Sequence record: MF360958.1
Direction: 5' to 3' (one strand)
Length of the DNA: 64,000 nt
Under the pieces are notes generated by a model that was not told where the DNA came from, ran no database searches, and saw nothing but the letters and a program-made list of their open reading frames with translations. Shown here one piece after another: positions 37,287 through 48,200 of the stretch. Each line of letters begins with the position of its first letter. Within the stretch, counting starts at the first letter, position 1. Position numbers and translations under genes: made by a program.

Positions 37287-37422
37287 CAAATAATTGTAAC
37301 AACAGTAATATATAAACTGTTCCATTTAGATATGGAACATTATAAAGTGATTTTAAAAGTTACGTCATACGTAATAGCCTCCGAAAAATCCCTAGATTCC
37401 TCCATAGTCTAGGGATTTTTTT
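37283..37422 (+). ncRNA. Candidate small RNA (promoter, two hairpins, terminator with CCUCC loop)
   Basis: TTGACA-N17-TAATAT (37283-37311); stems 37318-37339 and 37360-37374; terminator 37384-37420; no RBS-led ORF. Confidence 0.45.
37384..37422 (+). terminator. Rho-independent (bidirectional) terminator
   Basis: AAAAATCCCTAGA-TTCCTCCATAG-TCTAGGGATTTTT. Confidence 0.85.
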
Positions 37423-37530
37423 ATGTATAAACGTCTAGTTCAATATTTCTGATTTTATTAATAAATAATTATGCATATTAAGGATAATAATGCTCAAAAC
37501 ATTATTTTATTGATAAAGGAGAATAAACTT

Positions 37531-39387
37531 ATGTCAGATACAAAAAATTATGGCATTAGTGGCATTGGCAGTAATGTTGAATTGGGCAAACGTGGCAATC
37601 GATTCAAAAACGAAACTGATAAAATTTCAGTTCGTGATTTTGATGATGCTAACTTTGTTCCTATTTCAGCGGGTGATCCTGTTGGAGATAATGATCTTGT
37701 AACAAAATCATATTTAGAGCAACAGGCTTTTGATCCTACACTTAAATCACCTGATGATGGTGATTTAACAGATGGAGCAGTAACAGATTGGACGGTAGGT
37801 TCTACCACCTATTCCACAGCTATTGATGATCTTAATGGCATTCTAGGCCGTCTGGTTCCAACAGCACCCCCTGAACTTTCTACATTTACTATAAATGCTA
37901 CTAGTGGAAGCAATCAACTATTAGCTCAAAACGCTATTGATAACACAACTAATGCACCAAGTGCGGGTAGCAGTGTTTATACGGTGTTTGATAGCAGTTT
38001 CCAATCAACACAAGCAAATGGTGGAAATGGCGCATTTGGTGGTGATGTAGAAGGTGCAGATGGTAACCTATTTCTTTCAGGTGAAACAGGAACATTATTC
38101 AGTTATGTAAACGGTACTCAAGATGGCTCTATAGTTCTAGATGGAACTGATAATACTGGTACGTATGGTTCATTGGAAGTTCTTTCAGATACAGCTTATC
38201 CAGCAGATACCCCCGGATTCTATACAGCACTAAAAGCTCGTATTAACAAATCTGCGGTAAGCATTGGTTATAATGAGGCATATCTAGAACATTCGGAAAC
38301 TGGATCAACTAATACTGTTTCATGGGTTTATGATGATGTAGCAAATGCTCCTAGTATTTCTAATCAGAGTTATTCATTAGATTCCGCTGTTAGCAAACAA
38401 AGTTCTGGTATCAATCATATGACAGATGGTGATACCTTGAATGTTAGTGCTACAGTAGATAATCTTGTAGGACAAACTTACATTACTGGTACAGTATTAC
38501 GTTTTACTACCGGAGTAGGTGTTGGAACGCTTAACATGGATGCTACCCAACTTGGTACAGGTCTTACATTTCCCCTTGATGCAAATCTAGGCCCTCAAAC
38601 AACGTCAGGTAAAACGCTTTCAATAGCATCAACCGCAACGTTTGATGAAACCGATATTCAAGTACGTGCGTGGAATGCTAATGGTGCTACCGGTTCAAGT
38701 GTAGTTTCCGGCGATCCAGTACTTGTATATACTAGTGCTCTTGAAGGTGGTAACAAGCCTCACGAATCACAAATTAATGGTTCAAGTGCTGATGCATACC
38801 GTTATTATCTAGGTTCCGGTTTTACGGGTGATACGCCTAGTGGAACGTTAGATGCACCTACTACAACCAATTGGGATTCGACACAGCTTCTTAATGCTTC
38901 TGGTTATGAACATGAAGCCGTTACAGTAGCTGGTGTAGTCAAGCATGACACAACCAATTATACTACTGGTTATATCCCTGTCACAACCGGTGCTGATTAT
39001 TCCACAAAAGGAACAGATCAGTATGTAACCTATGTGTTTAACCAATCTACTCTTTCTAGTATAAGTCTTGATATTAGTGGTTCTTACAGTGGTTTATGGG
39101 TAGCACTTCCCGGAATCTCGGATGATGCGGGAATATCACCTAATGCTCTTGGTGGAAATTGGTGGGATGCTTTTGAACTATATAACGGTTCTGGTGCCCC
39201 CGGACGTACAGGCGATAGTTCTGCTGGTTGTGCTGTAGGTTCTGCGGCAAGTGGTTCCAGTGGTACGGTTAACCTAACGTTTGGCACACAATCCACAACA
39301 AACTCTACCAATAATGCGGTGATAGTACGAATTAAGCTAAATGCTGGTGACAGTATTTCAGCACTAAGTATTGGAAACACACCATAA
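37531..39387 (+). CDS. Virion structural protein (fibre/decoration-like; start revised to ATG 37531)
   Basis: AATAAATA late box at 37460; AAGGAG RBS; N-terminal KNYGISGIGSNVELGK; T/G/S/D-rich beta composition. Confidence 0.75.
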   Translation: MSDTKNYGISGIGSNVELGKRGNRFKNETDKISVRDFDDANFVPISAGDPVGDNDLVTKSYLEQQAFDPTLKSPDDGDLTDGAVTDWTVGSTTYSTAIDDLNGILGRLVPTAPPELSTFTINATSGSNQLLAQNAIDNTTNAPSAGSSVYTVFDSSFQSTQANGGNGAFGGDVEGADGNLFLSGETGTLFSYVNGTQDGSIVLDGTDNTGTYGSLEVLSDTAYPADTPGFYTALKARINKSAVSIGYNEAYLEHSETGSTNTVSWVYDDVANAPSISNQSYSLDSAVSKQSSGINHMTDGDTLNVSATVDNLVGQTYITGTVLRFTTGVGVGTLNMDATQLGTGLTFPLDANLGPQTTSGKTLSIASTATFDETDIQVRAWNANGATGSSVVSGDPVLVYTSALEGGNKPHESQINGSSADAYRYYLGSGFTGDTPSGTLDAPTTTNWDSTQLLNASGYEHEAVTVAGVVKHDTTNYTTGYIPVTTGADYSTKGTDQYVTYVFNQSTLSSISLDISGSYSGLWVALPGISDDAGISPNALGGNWWDAFELYNGSGAPGRTGDSSAGCAVGSAASGSSGTVNLTFGTQSTTNSTNNAVIVRIKLNAGDSISALSIGNTP

Positions 39388-39400
39388 GGAGGGATGAATA

Positions 39401-40465
39401 ATGGCGATTAATGATTCAAGTAAACTTGATTTTCTATGGAAAAAAATTCAGTACGGTGTGACCAATACAAGTGTTCTTGGTAAGAATGGTTATGAGGAAA
39501 TATACGGTTCGGAAGTTCCTACATATGCGAACAATATCTGGACGCAATCATCACAAATTCAAAAACCAGCTCCTAATGCGACAACTGGTGTTCATGAATT
39601 TTATGATGCTGCGAATGCTATTGAATGTACTCCCGATCCAACAGTTCCTAATAATCAAACTTGGTTGGTTACAACAACATATGGTGATACAAATACATTA
39701 ACAGGTGATTGGATTCCACCCACATTTGACGCAAGCTATCTTATACAGGTATATGCTGGCGATCCTAATAATGGTGGTGTTGCATTAAACCAAGGCACTA
39801 CTGGAGAGGAATGGGTTTTTGACTATGTGGCTGGTACAGTAACATTCGTCAATAACGTTCCTTCTAGCGTAGGTGATGCTGATAGTAGTGAACGTATCTT
39901 TGTTGTAGGTCATCGTTATGTTGGTTCTAAAGGACTAACCGGTGCAGGTGGTGCGGCAGCTTCTGAAGAAGTAGCTGACATTTCAGAACGTGATGCTCTT
40001 AATCCATCTGTTGGAACTATTGCATTTGTAGTAGATGCATCAGGCGATACTACAAATTCCGCTCATATCGGTGCAAATGAATCTGCTACCTATCTTTATA
40101 CGAGTTCTGGTTGGAGATTACTTTCAACTGAAGATTCAGCAAGAGCGGATGTAGGAACTGTAACCTATATGATAGATACGGCAACAACTAATTCTGTTGT
40201 ATATACGATTCCTGCAAATACAAGGTTAGAAGAAGCAGTAGTTGAAGTACAAACAGCTTTTGATACTACCCCTGTTATTAATGTGGGAGATAGTACAGTT
40301 AATGATCGTATTGTTGCTGATAATCTAGTGGATCTGGAAGAAATTCAGGATTATAAAGTTGAAGTAAACTATCGATACGGTTCTCAAACTGATATACAGA
40401 TAGAGTTTAATCCAAATAGTGCAACACAAGGTTTAGCATATCTTATATTAAAATGGTCATCTTAA
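39401..40465 (+). CDS. Virion structural protein
   Basis: MAINDSSKLDFLWKKIQYG N-terminus typical of T4-like jumbo structural genes; EWVFDYVAGTVTF; C-terminal beta-sandwich. Confidence 0.7.
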   Translation: MAINDSSKLDFLWKKIQYGVTNTSVLGKNGYEEIYGSEVPTYANNIWTQSSQIQKPAPNATTGVHEFYDAANAIECTPDPTVPNNQTWLVTTTYGDTNTLTGDWIPPTFDASYLIQVYAGDPNNGGVALNQGTTGEEWVFDYVAGTVTFVNNVPSSVGDADSSERIFVVGHRYVGSKGLTGAGGAAASEEVADISERDALNPSVGTIAFVVDASGDTTNSAHIGANESATYLYTSSGWRLLSTEDSARADVGTVTYMIDTATTNSVVYTIPANTRLEEAVVEVQTAFDTTPVINVGDSTVNDRIVADNLVDLEEIQDYKVEVNYRYGSQTDIQIEFNPNSATQGLAYLILKWSS

Positions 40466-40480
40466 TTTAATTTGTATTAT

Positions 40481-40510
40481 AATAAAAGGGGCTATAGAGC
40501 CCCTTTTATT
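40481..40510. terminator. Bidirectional terminator
   Basis: AATAAAAGGGGCT-ATAG-AGCCCCTTTTATT. Confidence 0.85.
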
Positions 40511-41309
40511 TTGTATAGAAAAAACAATTCCTTCCAACTTTATAGTAATTTATAAGATTTACATCCATTAACTTTATATAATTAGATAATTTATGAAAAT
40601 TATTAATTTGGTGAATACAAATATTACTGTTTTCAGATGAATTTGAAAAATCTTTAATTAAATTAGTATATTTAATTTTATTTGATGATTCCTTATCAAC
40701 TATAATAAATTCCCCCGGACCATAATTTAATACATTAGGTAATGTTTTTTCTATACATGATATAGAATAATGTGGATGAGATTGATGATTGTTTGTTAAA
40801 TGCAATTTTTCCATTTTAGGAATATAACATATAGGATATAGATTTGTTGATTCAGGCAAGTGATAATAAAGATTATCAAACAGTTCTACTATATCATCTA
40901 CCACAGCGTATGCTCTTATAAAACATCCTTGTAAATCATACATAAACAATTTAATCGGTATACAATTAATTTTAATATGATATATTCTCACATCATTGTT
41001 TATGTTTTCAATATCCTCAATAGAAAATATATCTAGTATAATATTCTCTATTTTTTTAGATCTAGTTATATTTCTATTATGATGATCACAAAAACGTATA
41101 TCTAAATAAATTAATGTTTTAGAATAATCATCATAATTTAAAACAGGTTTAGTCTGTAAATAATACATGATAATCTGTTTAAGATAATATGAATCCACAT
41201 TAAATATATGGTTAAAGAAACTATCATAATTGTAAATATTCATTTGTGATACGATCATGTATATATTTATATCATTCTTATTGACAAATACTAGAAATTT
41301 ATAATACAC
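40506..41309 (-). CDS. Hypothetical protein (true start probably downstream, about 41243-41258)
   Basis: Long AT-rich ORF; annotated start overlaps the divergent promoter. Confidence 0.5.
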   Translation of the reverse strand: MYYKFLVFVNKNDINIYMIVSQMNIYNYDSFFNHIFNVDSYYLKQIIMYYLQTKPVLNYDDYSKTLIYLDIRFCDHHNRNITRSKKIENIILDIFSIEDIENINNDVRIYHIKINCIPIKLFMYDLQGCFIRAYAVVDDIVELFDNLYYHLPESTNLYPICYIPKMEKLHLTNNHQSHPHYSISCIEKTLPNVLNYGPGEFIIVDKESSNKIKYTNLIKDFSNSSENSNICIHQINNFHKLSNYIKLMDVNLINYYKVGRNCFFYTK

Positions 41310-41310
41310 T
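41281..41310 (+). promoter_or_regulatory. Early promoter TTGACA-N18-TACACT
   Basis: Hexamers read directly. Confidence 0.55.
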
Positions 41311-41338
41311 ACAATAGATGCTTGTAAAGGAATTTATA

Positions 41339-41710
41339 ATGATTAAGAATGTATTATGGGTAGATGATATCCGCGATCCTGATGATTATGCATCTTTTAA
41401 AGGATGTGATGTTACATGGGTTAAAAATTATAATAGGGCTATAGAGGAAATTAACACAGGAATGTTTGATACGATTTGCTTAGATAATGATCTTGGTGAA
41501 GAAAAAGAAGGTGTGGATATTTTCAATTATATTGAGGAACATCTTTTTAACTATAGCTCTTTTATCCAAAATTTAAATTGTGTATATATTCACACATCAA
41601 ACACAAGCGCTCGTAAAACAATGCTATCTGCGTGTGAAAATCTTGATCGCCGTTTTGGTGTATTTATTGGGCTATTACCAAGTAAATTCAGAAATAAAAA
41701 GTTCATATGA
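41339..41710 (+). CDS. Cyclic-phosphate-processing receiver-like domain protein (start ATG 41339)
   Basis: LWVDDIRDP...WVKNY...ICLDNDLGE..G.D...IHTSN..ARK.M pattern. Confidence 0.75.
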   Translation: MIKNVLWVDDIRDPDDYASFKGCDVTWVKNYNRAIEEINTGMFDTICLDNDLGEEKEGVDIFNYIEEHLFNYSSFIQNLNCVYIHTSNTSARKTMLSACENLDRRFGVFIGLLPSKFRNKKFI

Positions 41711-42132
41711 AATATAATGGGGCTCTTGAAAATGTCAAGGAAGATCTAGATTGTGTCGATAAGGGAATATTTCTTGGAGTTTTTTATGGATATCCAGAAT
41801 GTTGTATAAAAACATTTGTACGCATGAATATAGATTTACCAAGAGATAACAATCCGTTTAGAGGAACAGGTTTTTTATGCTGTTCTCAATGTATATCAAA
41901 ACCTATCAATAATATAGTTAAGGTTATTAACAATCAACGTTATTGTAGTGTAAAATTCAGTTCTAATAAAGATGAATTGAATGATAATATGTTTCATTTA
42001 ATAGTTGATGAGAACCACCCCGAAAATTCTAAACAACTTTTTAATAAAATTAAATCAAATCCTTATGAAATTAACATTGATTGGGATAAAGTTGTACGAA
42101 TTCATAACGAAATTTATTATCTTAATTTTTAA
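41707..42132 (+). CDS. Hypothetical Cys-containing protein
   Basis: G..YGYPECCI..F...GTGFLCC..C motif. Confidence 0.7.
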   Translation: MKYNGALENVKEDLDCVDKGIFLGVFYGYPECCIKTFVRMNIDLPRDNNPFRGTGFLCCSQCISKPINNIVKVINNQRYCSVKFSSNKDELNDNMFHLIVDENHPENSKQLFNKIKSNPYEINIDWDKVVRIHNEIYYLNF

Positions 42133-42580
42133 GTGTAATATTGGGAAACTGTTCTTTAATAGCACTCATATCAACTGTCCAATTATGTTTTGAACGCTGA
42201 TTATGTTGTTGAAAACATTTCATCACATACGAATCGATTTCTTGATCAGTCATTCTATTAAGCTTTTTAATATGCCGAACTGTCTGATCAAAACGGCCTA
42301 GTTTTAACTGTAAACCAAGATGTTTTGCCTGATGGCATAATGGGCATAGAGCGATAGGACGAATAAACGTCTGAATATGATTAATGTCATCATATTCCCA
42401 TACCTCATGACATTCTACCGGGTGTTTATTACCTTTCCCATTACAAATTTCACACCGATAACTAGCATTTTTAAATGTTTCTTTTTTAACAATTTCCCAA
42501 TCCTTATTACTTAATGCTTTTCTTAAATTTTGATACCAAGAAGTTTTTGGCACAAGCTCTATTTCAAGAAATAGTTTCAT
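42122..42580 (-). CDS. HNH-family endonuclease (start revised to ATG 42580)
   Basis: ELVPKTSWY.NLR...W...RCEIC...ECHEVWEY...LCPLCHQAKH. Confidence 0.8.
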   Translation of the reverse strand: MKLFLEIELVPKTSWYQNLRKALSNKDWEIVKKETFKNASYRCEICNGKGNKHPVECHEVWEYDDINHIQTFIRPIALCPLCHQAKHLGLQLKLGRFDQTVRHIKKLNRMTDQEIDSYVMKCFQQHNQRSKHNWTVDMSAIKEQFPNITLKN

Positions 42581-42651
42581 ATAATACTCCAAAATTATAT
42601 CAAAAGTTTAACATAGCGTTATTATATTGACAATATAAATTTTCAAGTTAT

Positions 42652-42659
42652 TATAAATA
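42652..42659 (+). promoter_or_regulatory. Late promoter TATAAATA for the baseplate/tail operon
   Basis: Exact consensus upstream of 42686. Confidence 0.7.
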
Positions 42660-42685
42660 AATATTAATAATGGAGAAAATAAATT

Positions 42686-43675
42686 ATGCCCGCGCAAACT
42701 GAATGGCCTTTAATATGGACGGTATCCCCTAAAAAATATAATTTTGAAGGTACATTAGGAAAAGATAAATTAGAATTTGAAGTGCAAGCTATTCCCGATC
42801 CAAATTTTCCAGAGGAATGGAATAAGCAACATAGCAAAGGTGATTCAAGTAATTCAAATTCTAAAGGAGGACAGAATAGTACACCTATACCACCTTTACC
42901 TCCAAAACCTATTTTGGAAAAATATATTATTCATGGTGATGAACAAGATAAACAAGTATTATCTTCAGAATATTATGATTTAACTACTGAAAATGGCTTG
43001 GTAATAAGTGATGTGAGTATATCTATTTTTTTCCCTTTTCAATATATTAAATATAATAAAAATGGCCAACTTAAATCTGCTCAAATTCCCCAAGATGTTA
43101 TAGATGATAATTTTAGTTTTATTGTTGAATTTGTTCCTGATGATACAGAATCTATAGAAAAAAAAATAACTATTGAAGCTGTATCGAATTCAAGTACAGA
43201 ATTAAAGGGCACATTCTGGTTTCTTTTAAATAACGATTGGACAGAAGCTTCTAAGGTATTAAAAGATCTTGCAAAAATTAGTAAAGAAAATATAGAAAAT
43301 AAAGATTCCCCGGAAGGAGGTGATATAGAATCTACAAAAGACAATCAATCTGAAAATATTCCTTTTGATCCGGGAAGTGTTAAAGAAGAACAATATGTTA
43401 GTTTTGAAGAAAAAACTGGAATGACTTATGATGAATTGTTTCGCAAGAATAATCCTAATAAGATAAATACTGTAATAGAAGAAATAGGAAAAGAACAATT
43501 CTTAGAAAATATTAAAAAAGAATCAAAAAATAATCTAAATAATGAATTAGAAAACCCGTTACGGAATGAAGGTAGTACGGTAGATGAAATACTAAAAAAT
43601 AATACAGTACAAACTTTAGTTAAAAAATATAATTTAACACCTAATGAAGTATTAAATTATTTACGTAATATATAA
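42686..43675 (+). CDS. Hypothetical late (virion-associated?) protein
   Basis: First gene after a late promoter, GGAG RBS. Confidence 0.7.
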   Translation: MPAQTEWPLIWTVSPKKYNFEGTLGKDKLEFEVQAIPDPNFPEEWNKQHSKGDSSNSNSKGGQNSTPIPPLPPKPILEKYIIHGDEQDKQVLSSEYYDLTTENGLVISDVSISIFFPFQYIKYNKNGQLKSAQIPQDVIDDNFSFIVEFVPDDTESIEKKITIEAVSNSSTELKGTFWFLLNNDWTEASKVLKDLAKISKENIENKDSPEGGDIESTKDNQSENIPFDPGSVKEEQYVSFEEKTGMTYDELFRKNNPNKINTVIEEIGKEQFLENIKKESKNNLNNELENPLRNEGSTVDEILKNNTVQTLVKKYNLTPNEVLNYLRNI

Positions 43676-43693
43676 TCTGGAGTAATACGCATA

Positions 43694-44827
43694 ATGCGAA
43701 TGTTTGAAATTAATAAAAATGAAAATACTGTTTATTATATGATGGCTTATTCAAATCCACCAACAAAAGGTTATGAAAATATATTTGAAAAATTAAAGAA
43801 AATTGCAAAGGATTCCAATCATGTTGTTTTCTTGAGCCCTTATCAAGATGATTTTTTAAACCCTTTAAAACATCATCGAGCATTAGAATATAATATGCGT
43901 GTTTTCCCTAACGTGAAATTTTATCGTAAAGCTGATGTTAAAAATTCATTAGATGCACTGTATTATCTTTCCCAACATTATAATAATATTTATTTGGTGA
44001 CTAATGAAGAAAATATTCAACGCTTTGATCGTTTTTATGAATATGCTTCAGATTGGGGCGTATTTGAATTTGAAGTTATTGGCTTAGATACTAAGAAATT
44101 TGATGTTGAACACATGAATAAATTAGCTCGTGAACATGTTATTAATAATGATTATAAATCTTTTAAGAAAATTATTCCTAGTAATGATGAAAAGCTTTTA
44201 TCTAAATTATATTTAGAATTGCGTAAGGTGATGTTAGGTAATGATTCAGAACAAAATGAGAATGATTCAGAACAAAATGAGAATGATTCAAAACAAAATG
44301 AGAATATTGATACATCATCAGTTAATAAGATTGTGGAATTTTGTAGGAATAAAAATACAGTTTTGCCTGTTTTAAAAGAATATATGTATAAAGATAAACT
44401 TGGGAATGAATATTTAAAACTTAATGAAATAGACTCATCAATAGGTAATATTAACATTCTATTAGATAAAAATGTAGAAAATTTTTCTATTGGAAAAGAT
44501 AAAAAAACAGGAGATGTTGTTATTTTCATGAATGAAAATATTAACAAGTTAGATCGTTTATTAGAATCTAAAAAAGAATTGTTTGAAAAAACACTTAATA
44601 AAGCGGTACAACTAAAAGAAACAACAACAGCAGGTAGTATAGCAAATGTTGCTTCTGGTTTTGGTCATATTATAAAACGTCGAGATGAAGATGTATCTTT
44701 TGTAAAAAATATTAAACAGAATAATAGTTATAATTCTTTACAACAAGCTATGAAAGAATTTATTGATAAATATGGTTATATTGATTCGCAAGCTATTAAG
44801 CGAATAAAACGCGAATTAAATAATTAA
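43694..44827 (+). CDS. Degenerate cytidyltransferase-like (HIGH-family) protein
   Basis: NPPTKGY (cf. NPPT.GH), LNPL...FPNV; C-terminal LKETTTAGSIA motif. Confidence 0.55.
   Translation: MRMFEINKNENTVYYMMAYSNPPTKGYENIFEKLKKIAKDSNHVVFLSPYQDDFLNPLKHHRALEYNMRVFPNVKFYRKADVKNSLDALYYLSQHYNNIYLVTNEENIQRFDRFYEYASDWGVFEFEVIGLDTKKFDVEHMNKLAREHVINNDYKSFKKIIPSNDEKLLSKLYLELRKVMLGNDSEQNENDSEQNENDSKQNENIDTSSVNKIVEFCRNKNTVLPVLKEYMYKDKLGNEYLKLNEIDSSIGNINILLDKNVENFSIGKDKKTGDVVIFMNENINKLDRLLESKKELFEKTLNKAVQLKETTTAGSIANVASGFGHIIKRRDEDVSFVKNIKQNNSYNSLQQAMKEFIDKYGYIDSQAIKRIKRELNN
44240..44302. repeat. 21-bp tandem repeat x3 (NDSEQNE)
   Basis: AATGATTCAGAACAAAATGAG twice plus one single-mismatch copy. Confidence 0.9.
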
Positions 44828-44838
44828 CAAGGATAATT

Positions 44839-45213
44839 ATGAATGATGATATAAGAATTTATAAATCATTTAGTACAACGTCACCTAATTCTACTGAAAA
44901 TGGTCAACTTTATGATATAGATGTTATAAAGGAAGATATTAGAATATTATTATTAACAAGAAAAGGCGAATATCCTATGATGAATAACATAGGAAATATT
45001 GCTTATGATTTTATTTTTGATCCTGATTTAAATGATGCTGATAAACAAGATATAATAAGTGATATTGAAGATCAATTAGAATCTGATCCACGATTAGACA
45101 AAGTAAATGTATATATTGAAAAACAATCTACACAGCGATATATAGTTATAGTTAATGCTATAATGTTACCAATGGATCAACAAATTAATTTAGAAATTAA
45201 TTTATATGAATAA
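44839..45213 (+). CDS. gp25: Baseplate wedge subunit gp25-like
   Basis: DIDVIKEDI..LLLTRKGE.PM...G...FDP...DPRL. Confidence 0.85.
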   Translation: MNDDIRIYKSFSTTSPNSTENGQLYDIDVIKEDIRILLLTRKGEYPMMNNIGNIAYDFIFDPDLNDADKQDIISDIEDQLESDPRLDKVNVYIEKQSTQRYIVIVNAIMLPMDQQINLEINLYE

Positions 45214-45229
45214 TTAAACGGGGATATAA

Positions 45230-48200
45230 ATGAGTGAAAGTATAAGGCAAAATAACTTATTTGCGGCAGAAGATTGGAAAGTTATTTATAATGCATTTCG
45301 TAATGTTAATCTTCAAGCTTATGATTATGAGAGCATATATAATGCATTAATAGAGTATTTAAAGACAAACAATCCTGATGAGTTTAACGATTATGTGCAA
45401 CATTCTGAAATGATAGCACATATTAACATGCTTGCTTATTTAGGACAGTCTTATGCTTTCCGTATTGATTTAAATGCTAGGGAGAATTTCTTTGATACAG
45501 CACAACGTCGGGAAAGTGTTATAAAATTAGCACAGGGTTTAAGTTATAAACCAAAACGTAACCGTGCTGCACAAGGTTTATGCAAAATAACTTCTATTAG
45601 TACTACAGAGCCTGTTTCTGATAGTAACGGAAATAGTTTAGCGGGGAAAGAAATTGTATGGAATCAAATTAATAATGCAAATTGGTTTGAAAATTTTATT
45701 AGAGTTTTAAATCGTTCATTTATTTCTATAAACCGATATGGCGAGCCAATCAAAAATGATACAATTAGTGGGATATCTACTGAAATCTATGCTATTAATG
45801 AATTTAATAATAGCCCTATAGTGTATTCTTTTGATGCTAGTGTTAATGGACAAAATTATAATTTTGAAGTAACCGGAGCTGATATTAAAAATTCAGTTAT
45901 TACGGAACAAGAACCTAATCCTGAATCTTACTTTAATTTAATTTATAAAAATGATGGTCATGGTAATAATTCTGAAAATAATGGTTTCTTTTTATATTTT
46001 AAACAAGGCTCATTAAGATATAATGATTATCAATACACCGAACCTAAGCCAGATAGAGAACTAACAATAAATGAGAATAATATTAATGAAAATGATGTTT
46101 GGCTTCAAGAAATTAATAATGACGGCACCATTAAAAAATCATGGAAACAAATTCCTTCTATAGTAGGACAAAATATTGTATATAATAACATTGTTCTAGA
46201 TGAAAGAAATGTTTATGCTGTGAATACATTAAAAAATAATCAAATTAATCTTAAATTTAGCGATGGTAATTTTGGTAATGTGCCTCTAGGATTATATCGT
46301 GTTTGGTACCGCATATCAGAAAATGAAAGTTACATAATAAGACCTAATCATATTACTGATAAAACAATAACTATACCTTATATAGGTATAGATAATGAGC
46401 GTTATAATTTAACACTTAAATTTTCATTAGAATATACAATTGATAATGCTGAATCAGAAGAATCTATTGATGAAATAAAAAGAAATGCTCCGTTAAGTTA
46501 TTATACACAAGATCGTATGATAAATGGGGAAGATTATAATATCTACCCTATCACCCAATCTAATGTAATTAGAAAGATTAAATCTGTAAATCGTACACAT
46601 GCTGGGTATAGCCGTTATATAGATATAACAGATCCTACCGGTTCTCATTCCAATATTACAGTTATTGGTGAAGATGGTTATATATTTAAAGATAATTTTT
46701 TCAAAACATTATCCCAACGCATAGAATCTAACACGAATTATGATGCTATTATAAAATCTAAAATCGAACCATTGCTTAAAGATTACGGTTTTGAAAATTT
46801 TTATTATCATGATGTTAGGCAAACTATATTGAGTGATGAGTTAGATAATCTAGGAGGTTATGGTTCCGATTATTTCCAGTATGAACAAGAAAGATATGTT
46901 TGGAAATCATTACCAAAAAATGATTATAATAACACTGGCTATATTGTTGATACCTTTAGTGGTGAAAATATTCCTATAGGGGAATCATCAGGTGATGATA
47001 AACAAAAATTAATTCGTGAAAATACTAAAATATTGTTTATGAATAATTACGGGGAAGAAAAATGGACAACTATATTAAATGTAACCGATAATGGATTAGT
47101 TAATCTTAGATTTATGACAGTTGGTAATATAGAATTATCTGATAATATTCAAGATGATTGGTATATAAAAGAAGTAATACCCGGTATACGAAAAGTTTTT
47201 AATAATAGTGAAAGATTAAAAATTGAACAACAGATGAAAAATAATCGTTCATTCGGCCTTCGATTTGATTTTGTAAATAATGATTGGGTTATAATAGAAC
47301 AGGATAATATTGGTGAAAAACAGAATCGTGAAGATTATAATTTGTTAGCACCAAATTCTCCTAATGATGTAGATAATAGATGGTTAATGAGGGCTTTTTA
47401 TAATAATGATCAAGGAACAAAAAAATACTATTTTGAATTTCGATCATTACGATATATTTTTGGTAGTGATAAAGAAGTTCGATTTTTCTTTAAAAATAGT
47501 GGAAATATTATTGATTATGAAACAGGAAAATTAGTAAAAGATTATATTAGTATATTAAGTTCTAATACAGATAGGAAGAATGTGAACAATTCAACCAAAA
47601 AAGGACGTGCAGTTTTAGCACATATGTATACTTCTCCAACGCATAATAGTAATACGGAATATGATATTACAAATATAGTTCCATATAATACAAATTATGG
47701 TAATGTTCGTTTGTATACTGTAGGTAGAAAACTAATAAAAAATTGGTTTATTAGATTTGAAAATAATAGAACCTATTTAAGTATTAATGATAACCTAATA
47801 CCTGATAATACTACAACACCTTTCAAAATAACAGATATTGTTGATGTTTTTGATTTTGAACAAGAAGATACTAAATTAAAAAGAAGTTATGATTTTGAAT
47901 TGAATGATTATTTTATTAAACAGGATGGTATAGTTGATTATTCTAAAATACATGTGAAACCTTACGTAAATGAGTATGATAATATACCAGAATATCCATT
48001 AGCGTTTGAAGATATAGTAGATCTTAATAGTTATATTTTCTTTAAATCATATAAGGATTTTGATAATATCATTTATGATAGAATAGATAATAATATTAAA
48101 GTTCTTAATGATAATACTACACGTATAGAACCAAATGTTGTTTATTATTGTAATAATGATATTGAAATTAATAATATTAATGGGGATAAAATTTATTATG

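Noticed and set aside
37332-37412. 26-codon ORF MEHYKVILKVTSYVIASEKSLDSSIV inside the candidate sRNA
   Set aside because: No Shine-Dalgarno and it runs through the terminator stem; cannot be fully excluded
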